Positions 8,512-17,967 of a DNA stretch of 64,000 nucleotides are shown piece by piece. The translations under genes and the position numbers were made by a program. The number at the start of each line of letters is the position of its first letter. The first letter of the stretch is position 1. The notes under the pieces were generated by a model. That model saw nothing but the letters and a program-made list of their open reading frames with translations. It was not told where the DNA came from and did not search any database. Source of the stretch: Dehalococcoidia bacterium (GTDB lineage Bacteria > Chloroflexota > Dehalococcoidia > GIF9 > UBA5629). The stretch is taken from positions 64,395 through 128,394 of the forward strand of contig DAOTWF010000002.1 of the NCBI GenBank assembly GCA_034435835.1, in the 5' to 3' direction.

Positions 8512-9215
8512 TCAAGATCAAAGTCTGCGGGATAACAGAGCTGGAGCACGCGCTGGCAGCCAGCGAGCACGGTGCCGACTTTATCGGGCTGGTCTTTGCC
8601 CCCAGCCACCGTAAAATTTCGCTTGAAAAAGCTAGCCAAATCGTCTCCGTCATTCGCCGCCTGAGCCCACGGCCACAGATCGTCGGGGTATTCGCCAACG
8701 AAAATATAGACCTTGTAAATCAGACCGCTGAGTTTCTTTGCCTTGATTGGGTGCAACTCAGCGGTACCGAGTCCTTGGACTACTGCACACTGGTCAGCCG
8801 CCCCATCATCAAAACAATACATGTTTCCAGTGACAACACTGCCGAGAACATCATCGAAGCTATCGAAACCGGATATAATTCCCTGTCGCAGGATAAGCTG
8901 GTCTACCTGCTTGACACCAAAGGAAAAGACTGCTACGGTGGCACTGGAAAGACGTTTGACTGGACACTTGCTGAACAGGTGTCCCTTCAGTTTCCCATCA
9001 TGGTTGCTGGCGGGCTGACGGTCGATAATGTTGCCACCTTAATCAAGAGGGTCAAACCGTTCGGTATCGATGTATCCTCAGGCGTGGAGAGAGAAGGTAA
9101 GAAGGACGTGGCTAAAATTGCCCGCTTTATACGAGTGGCGAGAGAAGCCGAAGCCACTAGCCAAATCTGCAAAATACCATTCCCCACGAGAGGAGGTAAC
9201 CATAACAGTGTCTGA
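8508..9215 (+). CDS. trpF: Phosphoribosylanthranilate isomerase (with a short C-terminal tail)
   Basis: 235 aa. GTG start overlapping the trpC stop. Motifs IKVCGIT, GLVF and GGLTVDNV. The last 20 aa or so overlap the trpB RBS and start. Confidence 0.85.
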   Translation: MIKIKVCGITELEHALAASEHGADFIGLVFAPSHRKISLEKASQIVSVIRRLSPRPQIVGVFANENIDLVNQTAEFLCLDWVQLSGTESLDYCTLVSRPIIKTIHVSSDNTAENIIEAIETGYNSLSQDKLVYLLDTKGKDCYGGTGKTFDWTLAEQVSLQFPIMVAGGLTVDNVATLIKRVKPFGIDVSSGVEREGKKDVAKIARFIRVAREAEATSQICKIPFPTRGGNHNSV

Positions 9216-10392
9216 CAAGAAAGGGTATTTCGGTGAATATGGTGGTCGTTTTGTCCCGGAAACACTCATACCTGCGCTTGAAGAGCTGGAATCAGCATAC
9301 GAAAAGGCAAGGAAAAGCCCTGCTTTCTGGACGCAGTTTGAATCACTGTGCCGGGACTATGCAGGAAGACCCACCCCACTATATTTAGCCGAAAGACTGA
9401 GCGAGCACTGCAAAGGCGCCAGGATTTACCTCAAAAGAGAAGATCTGGCACATACCGGTGCCCACAAGATCAACAACGCACTGGGACAGGGACTGCTGGC
9501 AAAAATCATGGGGAAGACGAGAATAATTGCTGAGACCGGTGCTGGGCAACATGGTGTTGCCACTGCTGCAGTCTGCGCCAAGCTGGGGCTTGAGTGTATT
9601 ATATATATGGGAGAGGAAGACATGCACCGCCAGTCCTTGAATGTCTTCCGCATGAGGCTTATGGGTGCCGAAGTAAGGTCTGTAAACACAGGCAGCCGCA
9701 CGCTGAAGGACGCCATTAACGAAGCCATAAGAGATTGGGTTACCAATGTCACCACCACTTACTATCTTCTCGGCTCAGCAGTTGGGCCTCACCCTTATCC
9801 AACTATAGTCCGTGACTTCCAGTCAGTGATAGGAATGGAGACTAGGGAACAAATCTTGGCTAAATGCGGAAGGCTTCCCGACTACATAGTGGCTTGTGTT
9901 GGTGGTGGCAGCAATGCCATCGGCATCTTCCATCCCTTTTTAAATGATGAGCAGGTAAAGCTCATCGGCGTTGAGGCAGCCGGAAGAGGACTGGCAACCG
10001 GGAAGCACGCGGCAACGCTGGCTGGGGGGAAAATAGGTGTACTCCATGGCGCCAAATCGTACGTCCTCCAGGACAGGCACGGTCAAATCCTTGAGACACA
10101 TAGCATCTCTGCTGGATTAGACTACCCAGGTGTTGGTCCCGAGCATAGCTATCTGAAGGATATCAGGCGTGCCACATATGTCGCCGCCACTGATGATGAG
10201 GCGCTAGAAGGGTTCAAACTTCTGTGCTACACCGAAGGTATACAGCCCGCTCTGGAGCCAGCTCACGCCATCTTTTACGCTGCCAGACTGGCTGGCACGC
10301 TGAACCATGAAGACATAATCATTGTAAACCTGTCAGGGCGCGGTGATAAAGACATAAGTATTGTGGCTGACGCCTTAGAGGCAAAACAATGA
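9208..10392 (+). CDS. trpB: Tryptophan synthase beta chain
   Basis: PLP-lysine motif [13 protein letters not shown], plus GGGSNAIG. I place the start at the in-frame GTG at 9208 behind GAGGAGG (giving [18 protein letters not shown]). The ORF-track start at 9070 lies inside trpF. Confidence 0.9.
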   Translation: MSDKKGYFGEYGGRFVPETLIPALEELESAYEKARKSPAFWTQFESLCRDYAGRPTPLYLAERLSEHCKGARIYLKREDLAHTGAHKINNALGQGLLAKIMGKTRIIAETGAGQHGVATAAVCAKLGLECIIYMGEEDMHRQSLNVFRMRLMGAEVRSVNTGSRTLKDAINEAIRDWVTNVTTTYYLLGSAVGPHPYPTIVRDFQSVIGMETREQILAKCGRLPDYIVACVGGGSNAIGIFHPFLNDEQVKLIGVEAAGRGLATGKHAATLAGGKIGVLHGAKSYVLQDRHGQILETHSISAGLDYPGVGPEHSYLKDIRRATYVAATDDEALEGFKLLCYTEGIQPALEPAHAIFYAARLAGTLNHEDIIIVNLSGRGDKDISIVADALEAKQ

Positions 10393-11204
10393 GCAGGATA
10401 TCGGCAGTCTTTGAAAGAGGACGTGTAGCACTGATCCCCTACATCACTATGGGCTATCCCACAATTGAAGCCTCGACCAGAATAGCCGGACTCCTTGCCA
10501 GAAGTGGTAGCGACATTATCGAGCTTGGCATCCCGTTTTCCGACCCCTTGGCTGATGGTGTGACCATCCAGAGGGCAAGCTTCAAGGCGCTGCGGAACGG
10601 GGTCACTCCAGGGCTGTGCTTCGAGCTGGCTAGGCAAATGAGCCGGAGCATCACCACACCGCTGATATTCATGACCTATTTCAACCCTATATTAAACTAT
10701 GGACTAAAGAGGTTTTGCCGGGACTGTGCCCTGTCCGGTGTAGATGGGCTGATAGTCCCTGACTTGCCGCCTGATGAGGGCTCAGAGTTGGAAAGGGCTG
10801 CCATAGACCAGGGCATCGACCTTATTTACCTGCTCCCACCCACCTGCACAGAGGAGCGGATTAAACTCGTGGCAGAGCACTCCCGAGGGTTCATATATCT
10901 GGTATCGGTGACCGGTGTTACCGGCGCCAGGGACAGATTACCCGCCGACCTTGAGGATTTCATCACTAGGGTCAGAGGAATAGCTAAAATGCCACTGTGT
11001 GTGGGGTTCGGCATATCCGCACCGGAACAAGCAAGGTTGGTTGCCAGAATAGCCGATGGGGTGATCATAGGAAGTAAGATAATCCAACTCCTAGACCGTG
11101 AAGACGAATTCAAATCGATGGCAGCCTTTGTTGCAGAACTAAGAAACAGCCTTGATAACGCTGCAAAGAATAGAGAGACGTCAATTACCGATAGAATGGG
11201 CTAG
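10389..11204 (+). CDS. trpA: Tryptophan synthase alpha chain
   Basis: 271 aa. Motifs [13 protein letters not shown] and GFGIS. 4-nt overlap with trpB. Confidence 0.9.
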   Translation: MSRISAVFERGRVALIPYITMGYPTIEASTRIAGLLARSGSDIIELGIPFSDPLADGVTIQRASFKALRNGVTPGLCFELARQMSRSITTPLIFMTYFNPILNYGLKRFCRDCALSGVDGLIVPDLPPDEGSELERAAIDQGIDLIYLLPPTCTEERIKLVAEHSRGFIYLVSVTGVTGARDRLPADLEDFITRVRGIAKMPLCVGFGISAPEQARLVARIADGVIIGSKIIQLLDREDEFKSMAAFVAELRNSLDNAAKNRETSITDRMG

Positions 11205-11212
11205 CAGGAACT

Positions 11213-11559
11213 TGGTGGAGGCGGGGGAGAGTTGAACTCCCCGTCCAGAAGAAGGTTGCCAGAATCACCTACAGGCTTAGTCAGCTGCTCAATCTCGCCC
11301 AGCTACCATCCGCTGACCGCTAATAGCCAGGCCAGTCGATAGCTCTTAGCCGCCCCCTATCGACGTCGGGAACGGTGCACCCTAACTTTTCGGCACCCAG
11401 TCCCGACCCATCAGGGCGAGGTCAGGCTGGATGTGCAGCCCTAATTAGGCTGCGATCGGAACTGCTTCGGCAGTTGTCTTTTGCCACCTGTTTAACGAGG
11501 TTGATGGCACCTCGGCCTGCTATTCTGTAGGCCTTCCCCTGTCGACGCCTCGCGCCCCC
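11213..11559 (-). ncRNA. ssrA: tmRNA (SsrA)
   Basis: The minus strand starts GGGGGCGCGAGGCGUCGACAGGGG and ends GGGGAGUUCAACUCUCCCCCGCCUCCACCA. This gives a tRNA-Ala-like acceptor stem with the G3:U pair, a T-arm and CCA. An internal frame ...GCC GAA GCA GUU CCG AUC GCA GCC UAA encodes ...AEAVPIAA*, a typical hydrophobic -AA tag end. It lies immediately downstream of smpB. Confidence 0.9.
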
Positions 11560-11582
11560 AAATGCGACAGAACCTACAGTTG

Positions 11583-12038
11583 TTAACGTCTGCGACGCAG
11601 AGCGTGCCCTATTTCCCTTTTCGCCTCACGACGAGCTATCGTCTCCCTTTTGTCGTGAAGCCTCTTACCTTTGGCAACACCCAGCTCTATTTTCGCCACC
11701 CGATTTTTAATATACAGCCTCAAGGGGATCAAAGTCAAACCTTTTCTGCTTACCAGACCAGAGAATTCGTCTATCTGGTGACGATGCAATAAGAGCTTAC
11801 GCGGTCGGTTCGGGTCATGGTTCTGATAGCTGCCCGGCTGGTAGGCCGCAATATGCGAATTGTATAGCCATAGCTCCCCATTCTCAGGCTTAGCATAGGC
11901 ATCACGAATATTTACCCTGCCCATTCTGATTGACTTGATTTCAGTGCCTTTCAGGGCAATCCCTGCCTCTACGGTTTCGAGGATGTGATAATCGTGATAT
12001 GCCTTTCTATTAACTGTTATCGTCTGTATCTCCGCCAT
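11583..12038 (-). CDS. smpB: SsrA-binding protein SmpB
   Basis: 151 aa. Contains [29 protein letters not shown] and a basic C-terminal tail. Confidence 0.92.
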   Translation of the reverse strand: MAEIQTITVNRKAYHDYHILETVEAGIALKGTEIKSIRMGRVNIRDAYAKPENGELWLYNSHIAAYQPGSYQNHDPNRPRKLLLHRHQIDEFSGLVSRKGLTLIPLRLYIKNRVAKIELGVAKGKRLHDKRETIARREAKREIGHALRRRR

Positions 12039-12164
12039 ATATGATAAAATTTTACCACTGTTAGTCCGGATAATATAGGACGGTTTGCTCTCTCATTACC
12101 GACCCCATACCTGTGAGCAGGGCAAAGCGACAGGTCTCCGGCCAGATTATAGGGGGTAAGCATT

Positions 12165-12674
12165 ATGTCGACCGCTAACAAGTACTGGCTGATAATAGTG
12201 GGCATTCTTTTGCTAGCTAGCTTTATTACGGGCAGCGTATTACTAACAATCAAACTCAGACAGCACCACCCCGTGGAAATCTCTATTTCGGAAAGCGCCG
12301 TACTTGAACGCACAGGGCAGATCTATGTTGATGGAGCAGTAACCTGCCCCGGGTTCTACGCCCTTAACCAAGGTGACACTATAGAAAGCGTTGTGCTGGC
12401 TGCCGGGGTGTCGCCCGATGCTGACTGGAACCACATAAAACTGTATATACCTAGGGCTGGTGAAACAAGGCAGACACAGAAGGTCAACCTCAACCTTGCT
12501 GAAGCCTGGCTGATCAGTGCGCTACCCGGTATCGGATCGGAAACAGCACAAGCTATTGTTGACTACCGCAACCAGCATGGTCCGTTCCGCCGAATCGAAG
12601 AGCTGCTTCGCGTAAAAGGCATCGGCACCACAACATTGAACAGGATCAGAGGTCTAGTGACATTAGAGGAATGA
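12165..12674 (+). CDS. comEA: ComEA-family DNA-binding protein (N-terminal TM plus helix-hairpin-helix)
   Basis: 169 aa. TM anchor, then the HhH region LPGIGSETAQAIVDYRNQHGPFRRIEELLRVKGIG. Confidence 0.8.
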   Translation: MSTANKYWLIIVGILLLASFITGSVLLTIKLRQHHPVEISISESAVLERTGQIYVDGAVTCPGFYALNQGDTIESVVLAAGVSPDADWNHIKLYIPRAGETRQTQKVNLNLAEAWLISALPGIGSETAQAIVDYRNQHGPFRRIEELLRVKGIGTTTLNRIRGLVTLEE

Positions 12675-12678
12675 GCGG

Positions 12679-15114
12679 GTGATACTACTCTATCTCAGCG
12701 CTGCCTGGATATCAGGTATATATCTGGGCTCCAGATTATATGTGACGCTAGCCCTTCTTTCAATCACAGTTATACCCCTCCTGCTCCTGCCGTTTCTATC
12801 GAGGTGTCGGAAACACCTTCTTGTAACGGCCTTCTGCCTCCTGGCTCTCATCGGCGGTGGCCTGCGCTTTCAGGACAGCTTGCCAAGTATAGATGAAGGA
12901 TACCTGCAATTCTACAATGACAAAGGGACAGTCCAAGTTACCGGGATGGTATGCACCGAACCAGAAAAAAGGGGGAATAGCATCATCTTCCAGTTCACTG
13001 CCACAGAAATCCAGACTACTGACGAAAACAGAAAAATTAGGGGCAAAGCCCTTGTCCTCTGCCCTGGTCATTCAAACTACCACTATGGCGATATACTGAC
13101 AATATCCGGGGAACCACAGACACCGCCGGAAATAGGTGACTTCGACTATAGAGCTTACTTGGCACAGCAAGGCATTTATTCTCTGATATCTTACCCACAG
13201 ATAAAACTTGTGGCGTCTGACAAAGGCTTTAAGCCGCTGTCATGGGTATATTCCGCAAGGACGCACCTTGCACAGAATTTGTCCCAAGCCTTGCCCGAGC
13301 CACAGGCATCGGTGGCCCAAGCCCTTCTGCTCGGATTGAGAACCAGCATACCGCGTTACCTGCAGGACGCATTTTCCCAGGCTGGCACAGCGCATCTGCT
13401 GGCGATATCAGGACTGCACCTCAGCATAATCATCGGGATGGTCACCGGTACGGCGATATGGCTTTTCGGCAGGCGTCGCTATATATACGTGTGGCTTGCT
13501 CTGGCAGCTATATGGATTTATGCCACCGTCACAGCTATGCGGCCACCCATCGTTAGAGGTGCCATCATGGGTAGCATGTTCCTGATAGCTGAATATCTGG
13601 GACGGCCAGGCAGCGCAACTACTGCACTTGCTTTTGCTGCCGCGGTAATGTCAGCCTTCAATCCGCAAATCTTGTGGAACGCTAGCTTCCAGTTAAGTTT
13701 TCTTGCGATGGCTGGACTGATAATACTGGCACCACAATTTCAAGCTTTTGGCAGAAGGAACTTAAATATTTTGGCAGTCAAAAACACTACTGCGGCATCG
13801 CTGTCAAACCTCGTTCTCGTTGTCGATAGCCTCGCAGTGACGTCAGCCGCCATCCTAGCAACCTGCCCCGTCATCGCCTACCATTTTGGTACCATTTCCT
13901 TTGTTAGCCTGCCCGCCACCTTCTTCGCTCTGCTGGCCCTGCCCGGGACAATAACCACAGCAGGTTTGGTAAGTCTCATTGGGTTAGCGATACCACTGCT
14001 CAGCGATCTACTGAGCTGGATAGCTTGGGTTTTCCTCAGCTATTTCATTTTTGTAGCCCAGATATACAATGCCATACCATTCAGCCATAGCGGGTTACCA
14101 CAATTACATCTGTGGCAGGTGCTGGGCTATTATCTCATGCTGGCAGGACTTCTTGCAGCCATCAGACACAGGGTACGAATAGCCGACTTTAGCAATAGAT
14201 TATTTCCCAAAATTAAAACCCTCGGCAGCAGACTAGCTGGTCTGCCTTTAAGAAGACTTGCAAGATGGAGCGTAATCTGCCTTTTGCTGGGGAACATCAT
14301 CGCCTGGGCAATGGTGGCGACCATTCCGGACGATAAATTACATGTCAGCATACTGGACGTGGGCCAGGGTGATGCCATCCTGATTCAGACACCGAACCTG
14401 CAAAATATTCTGATTGATGGTGGTCCCGATCCCGAAGCCATAAAGCTTCAACTGGACAAGAAAATACCCTTCTGGCAGAGAACGATTGACCTAGTGGTGC
14501 TCACCCAGCCACAATCAGACCACCTTACCGGCCTCATTGGGGTGGTACAGAAATACAAGATACCACTTATCCTGGAACCGGGCATAAATTCCAACACTGC
14601 ACTTTACCAAGAATGGCTCAGGATCATACACAGCAGAGGTATCAAAACCGAGACCGCCCATGAAGGGCAGGAAATTAAACTTGGTGATAACATCACACTG
14701 GAAGTGTTGCATCCACCGACATCCGGGCTACTGGAAACAACCAACCGGGTTGATGACAATGGACTAGTGTTACGGCTGACTTGGAAAAGGATAAGCTTCT
14801 TGTTCACCGCAGATATCAGCAAAGAGGCCGAGTGGTACCTTATTGCCCAGCGGGAGAATCTTCGAAGCACGGTGTTAAAAGTCGCCCATCATGGCAGCAA
14901 GACTGCCACCTCGGCAGAGTTTTTAAGCGTGGTCGACCCCAAAGTCGCAGTTATTTCAGTCGCCGCAAATAATAGGTTTGGTCATCCCCACGCCGAAACA
15001 CTGGACAGGCTTTTCGGCAGGCTGGATAAAGAGAAAGTATTTTTGACTTCACAGCACGGGACTATTGAGTTTATCAGCGATGGTCAGCATCTATGGGTCA
15101 AATGCAGTAAATAA
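12679..15114 (+). CDS. comEC: ComEC/Rec2 DNA internalization channel protein with C-terminal metallo-beta-lactamase domain
   Basis: 811 aa. Polytopic competence domain (LAISGLHLSII), then an MBL domain (ILDVGQGDAILIQ, QSDHLTG, VAHHGS). Confidence 0.88.
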   Translation: MILLYLSAAWISGIYLGSRLYVTLALLSITVIPLLLLPFLSRCRKHLLVTAFCLLALIGGGLRFQDSLPSIDEGYLQFYNDKGTVQVTGMVCTEPEKRGNSIIFQFTATEIQTTDENRKIRGKALVLCPGHSNYHYGDILTISGEPQTPPEIGDFDYRAYLAQQGIYSLISYPQIKLVASDKGFKPLSWVYSARTHLAQNLSQALPEPQASVAQALLLGLRTSIPRYLQDAFSQAGTAHLLAISGLHLSIIIGMVTGTAIWLFGRRRYIYVWLALAAIWIYATVTAMRPPIVRGAIMGSMFLIAEYLGRPGSATTALAFAAAVMSAFNPQILWNASFQLSFLAMAGLIILAPQFQAFGRRNLNILAVKNTTAASLSNLVLVVDSLAVTSAAILATCPVIAYHFGTISFVSLPATFFALLALPGTITTAGLVSLIGLAIPLLSDLLSWIAWVFLSYFIFVAQIYNAIPFSHSGLPQLHLWQVLGYYLMLAGLLAAIRHRVRIADFSNRLFPKIKTLGSRLAGLPLRRLARWSVICLLLGNIIAWAMVATIPDDKLHVSILDVGQGDAILIQTPNLQNILIDGGPDPEAIKLQLDKKIPFWQRTIDLVVLTQPQSDHLTGLIGVVQKYKIPLILEPGINSNTALYQEWLRIIHSRGIKTETAHEGQEIKLGDNITLEVLHPPTSGLLETTNRVDDNGLVLRLTWKRISFLFTADISKEAEWYLIAQRENLRSTVLKVAHHGSKTATSAEFLSVVDPKVAVISVAANNRFGHPHAETLDRLFGRLDKEKVFLTSQHGTIEFISDGQHLWVKCSK

Positions 15115-15304
15115 CATGGAAGACATGAGCACTCTGGATGCCGCTGGCACAACCCACCTGGGTATATCATAGTGCACACTACACATTAGTCCCGACGAGT
15201 GGTAAGAAATTAGTCACAGTTGCAAAACCAGATTTGAAACCGGCACCAAAGACATTGACACCCCAAGAAGCAAAACGGTATTTTTTAGCTGCGCCAGAAC
15301 GTCG

Positions 15305-16042
15305 ATGTATACTGCAAAAGCACCAGTTGAAGGGCAGGCACAGCTCAGTAACAGAAAGAGAGAACAAGCCCTGCAAATAACTGCTTCTCTACCCCTGAAA
15401 TCCAAAAACCTCCTAGAAAAAATCATCATTACCTCAAGTCTGTTGAGCAGGGAGCTTATACTTCGAGGTAATAACCGCGAAGTAAGGCTGGTTAACACAA
15501 TTCTGACCTCTGCCTGGAACCTTTGGAACGAAATGTCTACCATTATCGATACAGCCACTCTGGAAACAGAAGGGCTCCATTTACATTTTCAGCCAGTGGC
15601 TGTCAACACAATAGTCCACAATATCCTGGACCAGATACTTCCAAAACTTCAAAGCCGCCAGCAGGTGCTAACCTTAAAATTATCACCCAAGTCGTGCAGA
15701 GTCAGAGCAGACCAACTAAGACTGGAGCAGATTTTGCTCGCCATACTATCAAATGTCAGTCAGAACACGGCCCCACGCGGCAGCATCTACATCTCGACTA
15801 CGGAACAAAACAAGACCACGACCATAAAAATCTGGGGGGAGCCCTTGGCTGCAGACAGCAGCACACCAGATACACCTTATGATCGGACAGAATACAACAG
15901 AGATAGGTCGGCTTCTAGTCCAACTACGGAGCTTGCGTTGTGCAAATATTTGACCAAACTTCACAAGGGTAAATTATGGCTGCCAGGCGAAACAACTCCC
16001 GGTAACGCCTTTGTGGTAGTCCTCCCTTCCATCGGCAATTGA
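15305..16042 (+). CDS. Sensor-less, degenerate histidine-kinase-like protein (DHp plus HATPase_c-like)
   Basis: 245 aa. H-box-like LLSRELILRG carries Arg where the phospho-His is expected (codon 15449-15451). N-box-like LEQILLAILSNVSQNT. G1/G2 boxes are degenerate (IWGEPL; TELALCKYLTKLHKGKLW). No TM or sensor domain, and no response regulator nearby. Confidence 0.5.
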   Translation: MYTAKAPVEGQAQLSNRKREQALQITASLPLKSKNLLEKIIITSSLLSRELILRGNNREVRLVNTILTSAWNLWNEMSTIIDTATLETEGLHLHFQPVAVNTIVHNILDQILPKLQSRQQVLTLKLSPKSCRVRADQLRLEQILLAILSNVSQNTAPRGSIYISTTEQNKTTTIKIWGEPLAADSSTPDTPYDRTEYNRDRSASSPTTELALCKYLTKLHKGKLWLPGETTPGNAFVVVLPSIGN

Positions 16043-16178
16043 CCGCCAAAAACCACCAATTTTGCTCTCCTACACTTACCCTCTTTCTCCAACGTATGTC
16101 CGGCTCCATGCCTATTGATTTATCACCAATTTTAGCGTAGAGTATTAAGCATCTGGACATTTGCTGGAGGAGGCCAGG

Positions 16179-17468
16179 ATGAGAAAGATTTTCTGGCCGC
16201 TCGCCATAATAGCGGCCATCGCCGGCATACTCACTATAACTACTGCAGTTACAGCAGCAGACCTTGAAGTCAGCAAACTTAATATAAACCCACCCTCCCC
16301 AAAAGAAGGGGAACAGGTAATCATAACCTGTACAGTGACTAACAAAGGAAACCAAAAGTTGACCCACACGCTTGAATTGAGGGTCGACGGCGAAATCAAA
16401 GATACCGAGGAGTTATCTCTCAACCCAAAAGAAAGCAAAGAGTTGACCTTTACTATCATTGCTGGACAAGCAGGTGAATACGTAGTAGAGCTGAACGGCG
16501 AAAGTGCCAGTTTTATAGTTGAGCAGTCGACTTCTTTTTGGAGTATGTTTTTGAAACCACCGCTGGTAATAATTGTTGGTGCCATAATTGGTGTATTAGT
16601 TTTACTTATCATAGTGGTGGTCGCTATGCCACCCCGCAAAAAACAGCCCCAGAAGGCTCTTGCTAGAGGTAGAGAGCCGGCTGGTCGCAGCATGCCACCA
16701 CAAAGAATGTCACCTCAAGAAATACCACCAATGCCGACTATCATGCCTGGACCGATGCCTGGACAAAGGCCGGCACAGTCAACCGCACCACCTGACTACC
16801 CCCACCCCTACATGCCAAGCCAACCACCCGGTTCCTTTATACCAGCAAGCCCAGTGCCAATGCCACGACCGGCAGGTATGCCCTACTCGCCATATGCCAG
16901 CCGCCCCATTTTCTCAGTCAGCAACCTCACAATCAGTCCCAACCAAGTGAAAGCAGGCCAGCCTGTAACAATAGGCGCGCTTGTCACCAATAGTGGAAAC
17001 GAAACGGGGAGGTATAGCCTCGTGCTTAGGATCAACGGCGTAGTCGAAGGTATCACTGAGCTAACTTTACAACCGGGTGCCAGCCAAGCCGCATCCTTTA
17101 CCGTGGTGAAAGAGACCGGTGGCGAGTATTACGCAGAAGTCGACGGGCTCATGGGATCATTCATAGTAATACCGCTAACGCCAGCCAGCTTCTCTGTCAG
17201 CAACCTTATCATATCACCTGACCGTGTTAAACAAGGCGAAAGCGTTACCATCAGTGCCATGGTAACAAACAGTGGCGAGGTCAGCGGCAGTTACAGTGTG
17301 GTGCTCAAAATAAAGGGGACAGTCGAAGCAGTAGAAGAAGTACACCTAGGGCCAAATAGCAGCGAAAGGGTTACTTTTAACGTTGTCAAAAACACACCTG
17401 GTTTTTACAATGTGGAACTGGAAGGGCTAGTCGGCAGGTTTGTTGTTGAGATGGAATGGCAAGGTTAG
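16179..17468 (+). CDS. Membrane protein with three CARDB-like repeats and a Pro-rich linker
   Basis: Start taken at the ATG at 16179 behind GGAGGAGG. N-terminal hydrophobic segment, CARDB-like repeat 1, a central TM (VIIVGAIIGVLVLLIIVVVA followed by RKK), a Pro/Met-rich stretch of about 90 aa, then two further repeats (FSVSNLTISPNQVKAGQPVTI... and FSVSNLIISPDRVKQGESVTI...). Confidence 0.7.
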   Translation: MRKIFWPLAIIAAIAGILTITTAVTAADLEVSKLNINPPSPKEGEQVIITCTVTNKGNQKLTHTLELRVDGEIKDTEELSLNPKESKELTFTIIAGQAGEYVVELNGESASFIVEQSTSFWSMFLKPPLVIIVGAIIGVLVLLIIVVVAMPPRKKQPQKALARGREPAGRSMPPQRMSPQEIPPMPTIMPGPMPGQRPAQSTAPPDYPHPYMPSQPPGSFIPASPVPMPRPAGMPYSPYASRPIFSVSNLTISPNQVKAGQPVTIGALVTNSGNETGRYSLVLRINGVVEGITELTLQPGASQAASFTVVKETGGEYYAEVDGLMGSFIVIPLTPASFSVSNLIISPDRVKQGESVTISAMVTNSGEVSGSYSVVLKIKGTVEAVEEVHLGPNSSERVTFNVVKNTPGFYNVELEGLVGRFVVEMEWQG

Positions 17469-17956
17469 TCTCCCTCCTCTTCGGCTTTGGTCACTACCTT
17501 CCATAGCTTTTCTGGCTGCTCTATGCGGTCGATATATAGAACCCCATTGAGATGGTCTATTTCATGTTCCAGTGCTTGAGCAAGTAGCCCTTCACCCTTA
17601 ATGCGGATAACCCTGCCCTCTCTATCCTGAGCTCTGACTTTAACCCAGAGCGACCGTTTAACTTCTCCCTGGTATCCAGGTATACTGAGACACGCTTCTT
17701 GGACCAGACGCTCGCCATATCGCTTCAACATTTCGGGATTGATTAGAACAATGACGTCTTCACCGGGTATCTCGATAACTGCCACCCGTAGCGGGACGCC
17801 CACCTGAGTGGCAGCAAGTCCCACACCAGAAACCGCCCGCATGGTATCCACCAAATCATCAATCAACCGCTGCACACTGCTATCTATACTAGCCACACGC
17901 TTAGCCTTCTGCCTAAGGACAGGATCGGGAAGTATGCGAATTGAACGTACAGACAT
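17465..17956 (-). CDS. def: Peptide deformylase
   Basis: 163 aa. Motifs GVGLAATQVG, EACLSIPG and HEIDHLNG. Confidence 0.92.
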   Translation of the reverse strand: MSVRSIRILPDPVLRQKAKRVASIDSSVQRLIDDLVDTMRAVSGVGLAATQVGVPLRVAVIEIPGEDVIVLINPEMLKRYGERLVQEACLSIPGYQGEVKRSLWVKVRAQDREGRVIRIKGEGLLAQALEHEIDHLNGVLYIDRIEQPEKLWKVVTKAEEEGD

Positions 17957-17967
17957 CGCGAATTAGA

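Noticed and set aside
8262-8822. 186-aa minus-strand ORF. Similar antisense ORFs occur at 16145-16693, 25436-26005, 27160-27687 and 6644-7039.
   Set aside because: All lie opposite strongly supported conserved genes (trpC/F, the CARDB gene, ftsZ, nrdJ, trpD) and lack motifs. I treat them as shadow ORFs.
9070-9207. Long 5' extension of the trpB ORF ([12 protein letters not shown]...).
   Set aside because: It lies entirely inside trpF in another frame and has no TrpB similarity. A GTG at 9208 behind GAGGAGG gives the canonical TrpB N-terminus.
15138-15380. 80-aa ORF upstream of and overlapping the histidine-kinase-like gene.
   Set aside because: It has no motif or RBS and is out of frame with the downstream gene. 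It is mentioned only as a possible trace of an old frameshift.
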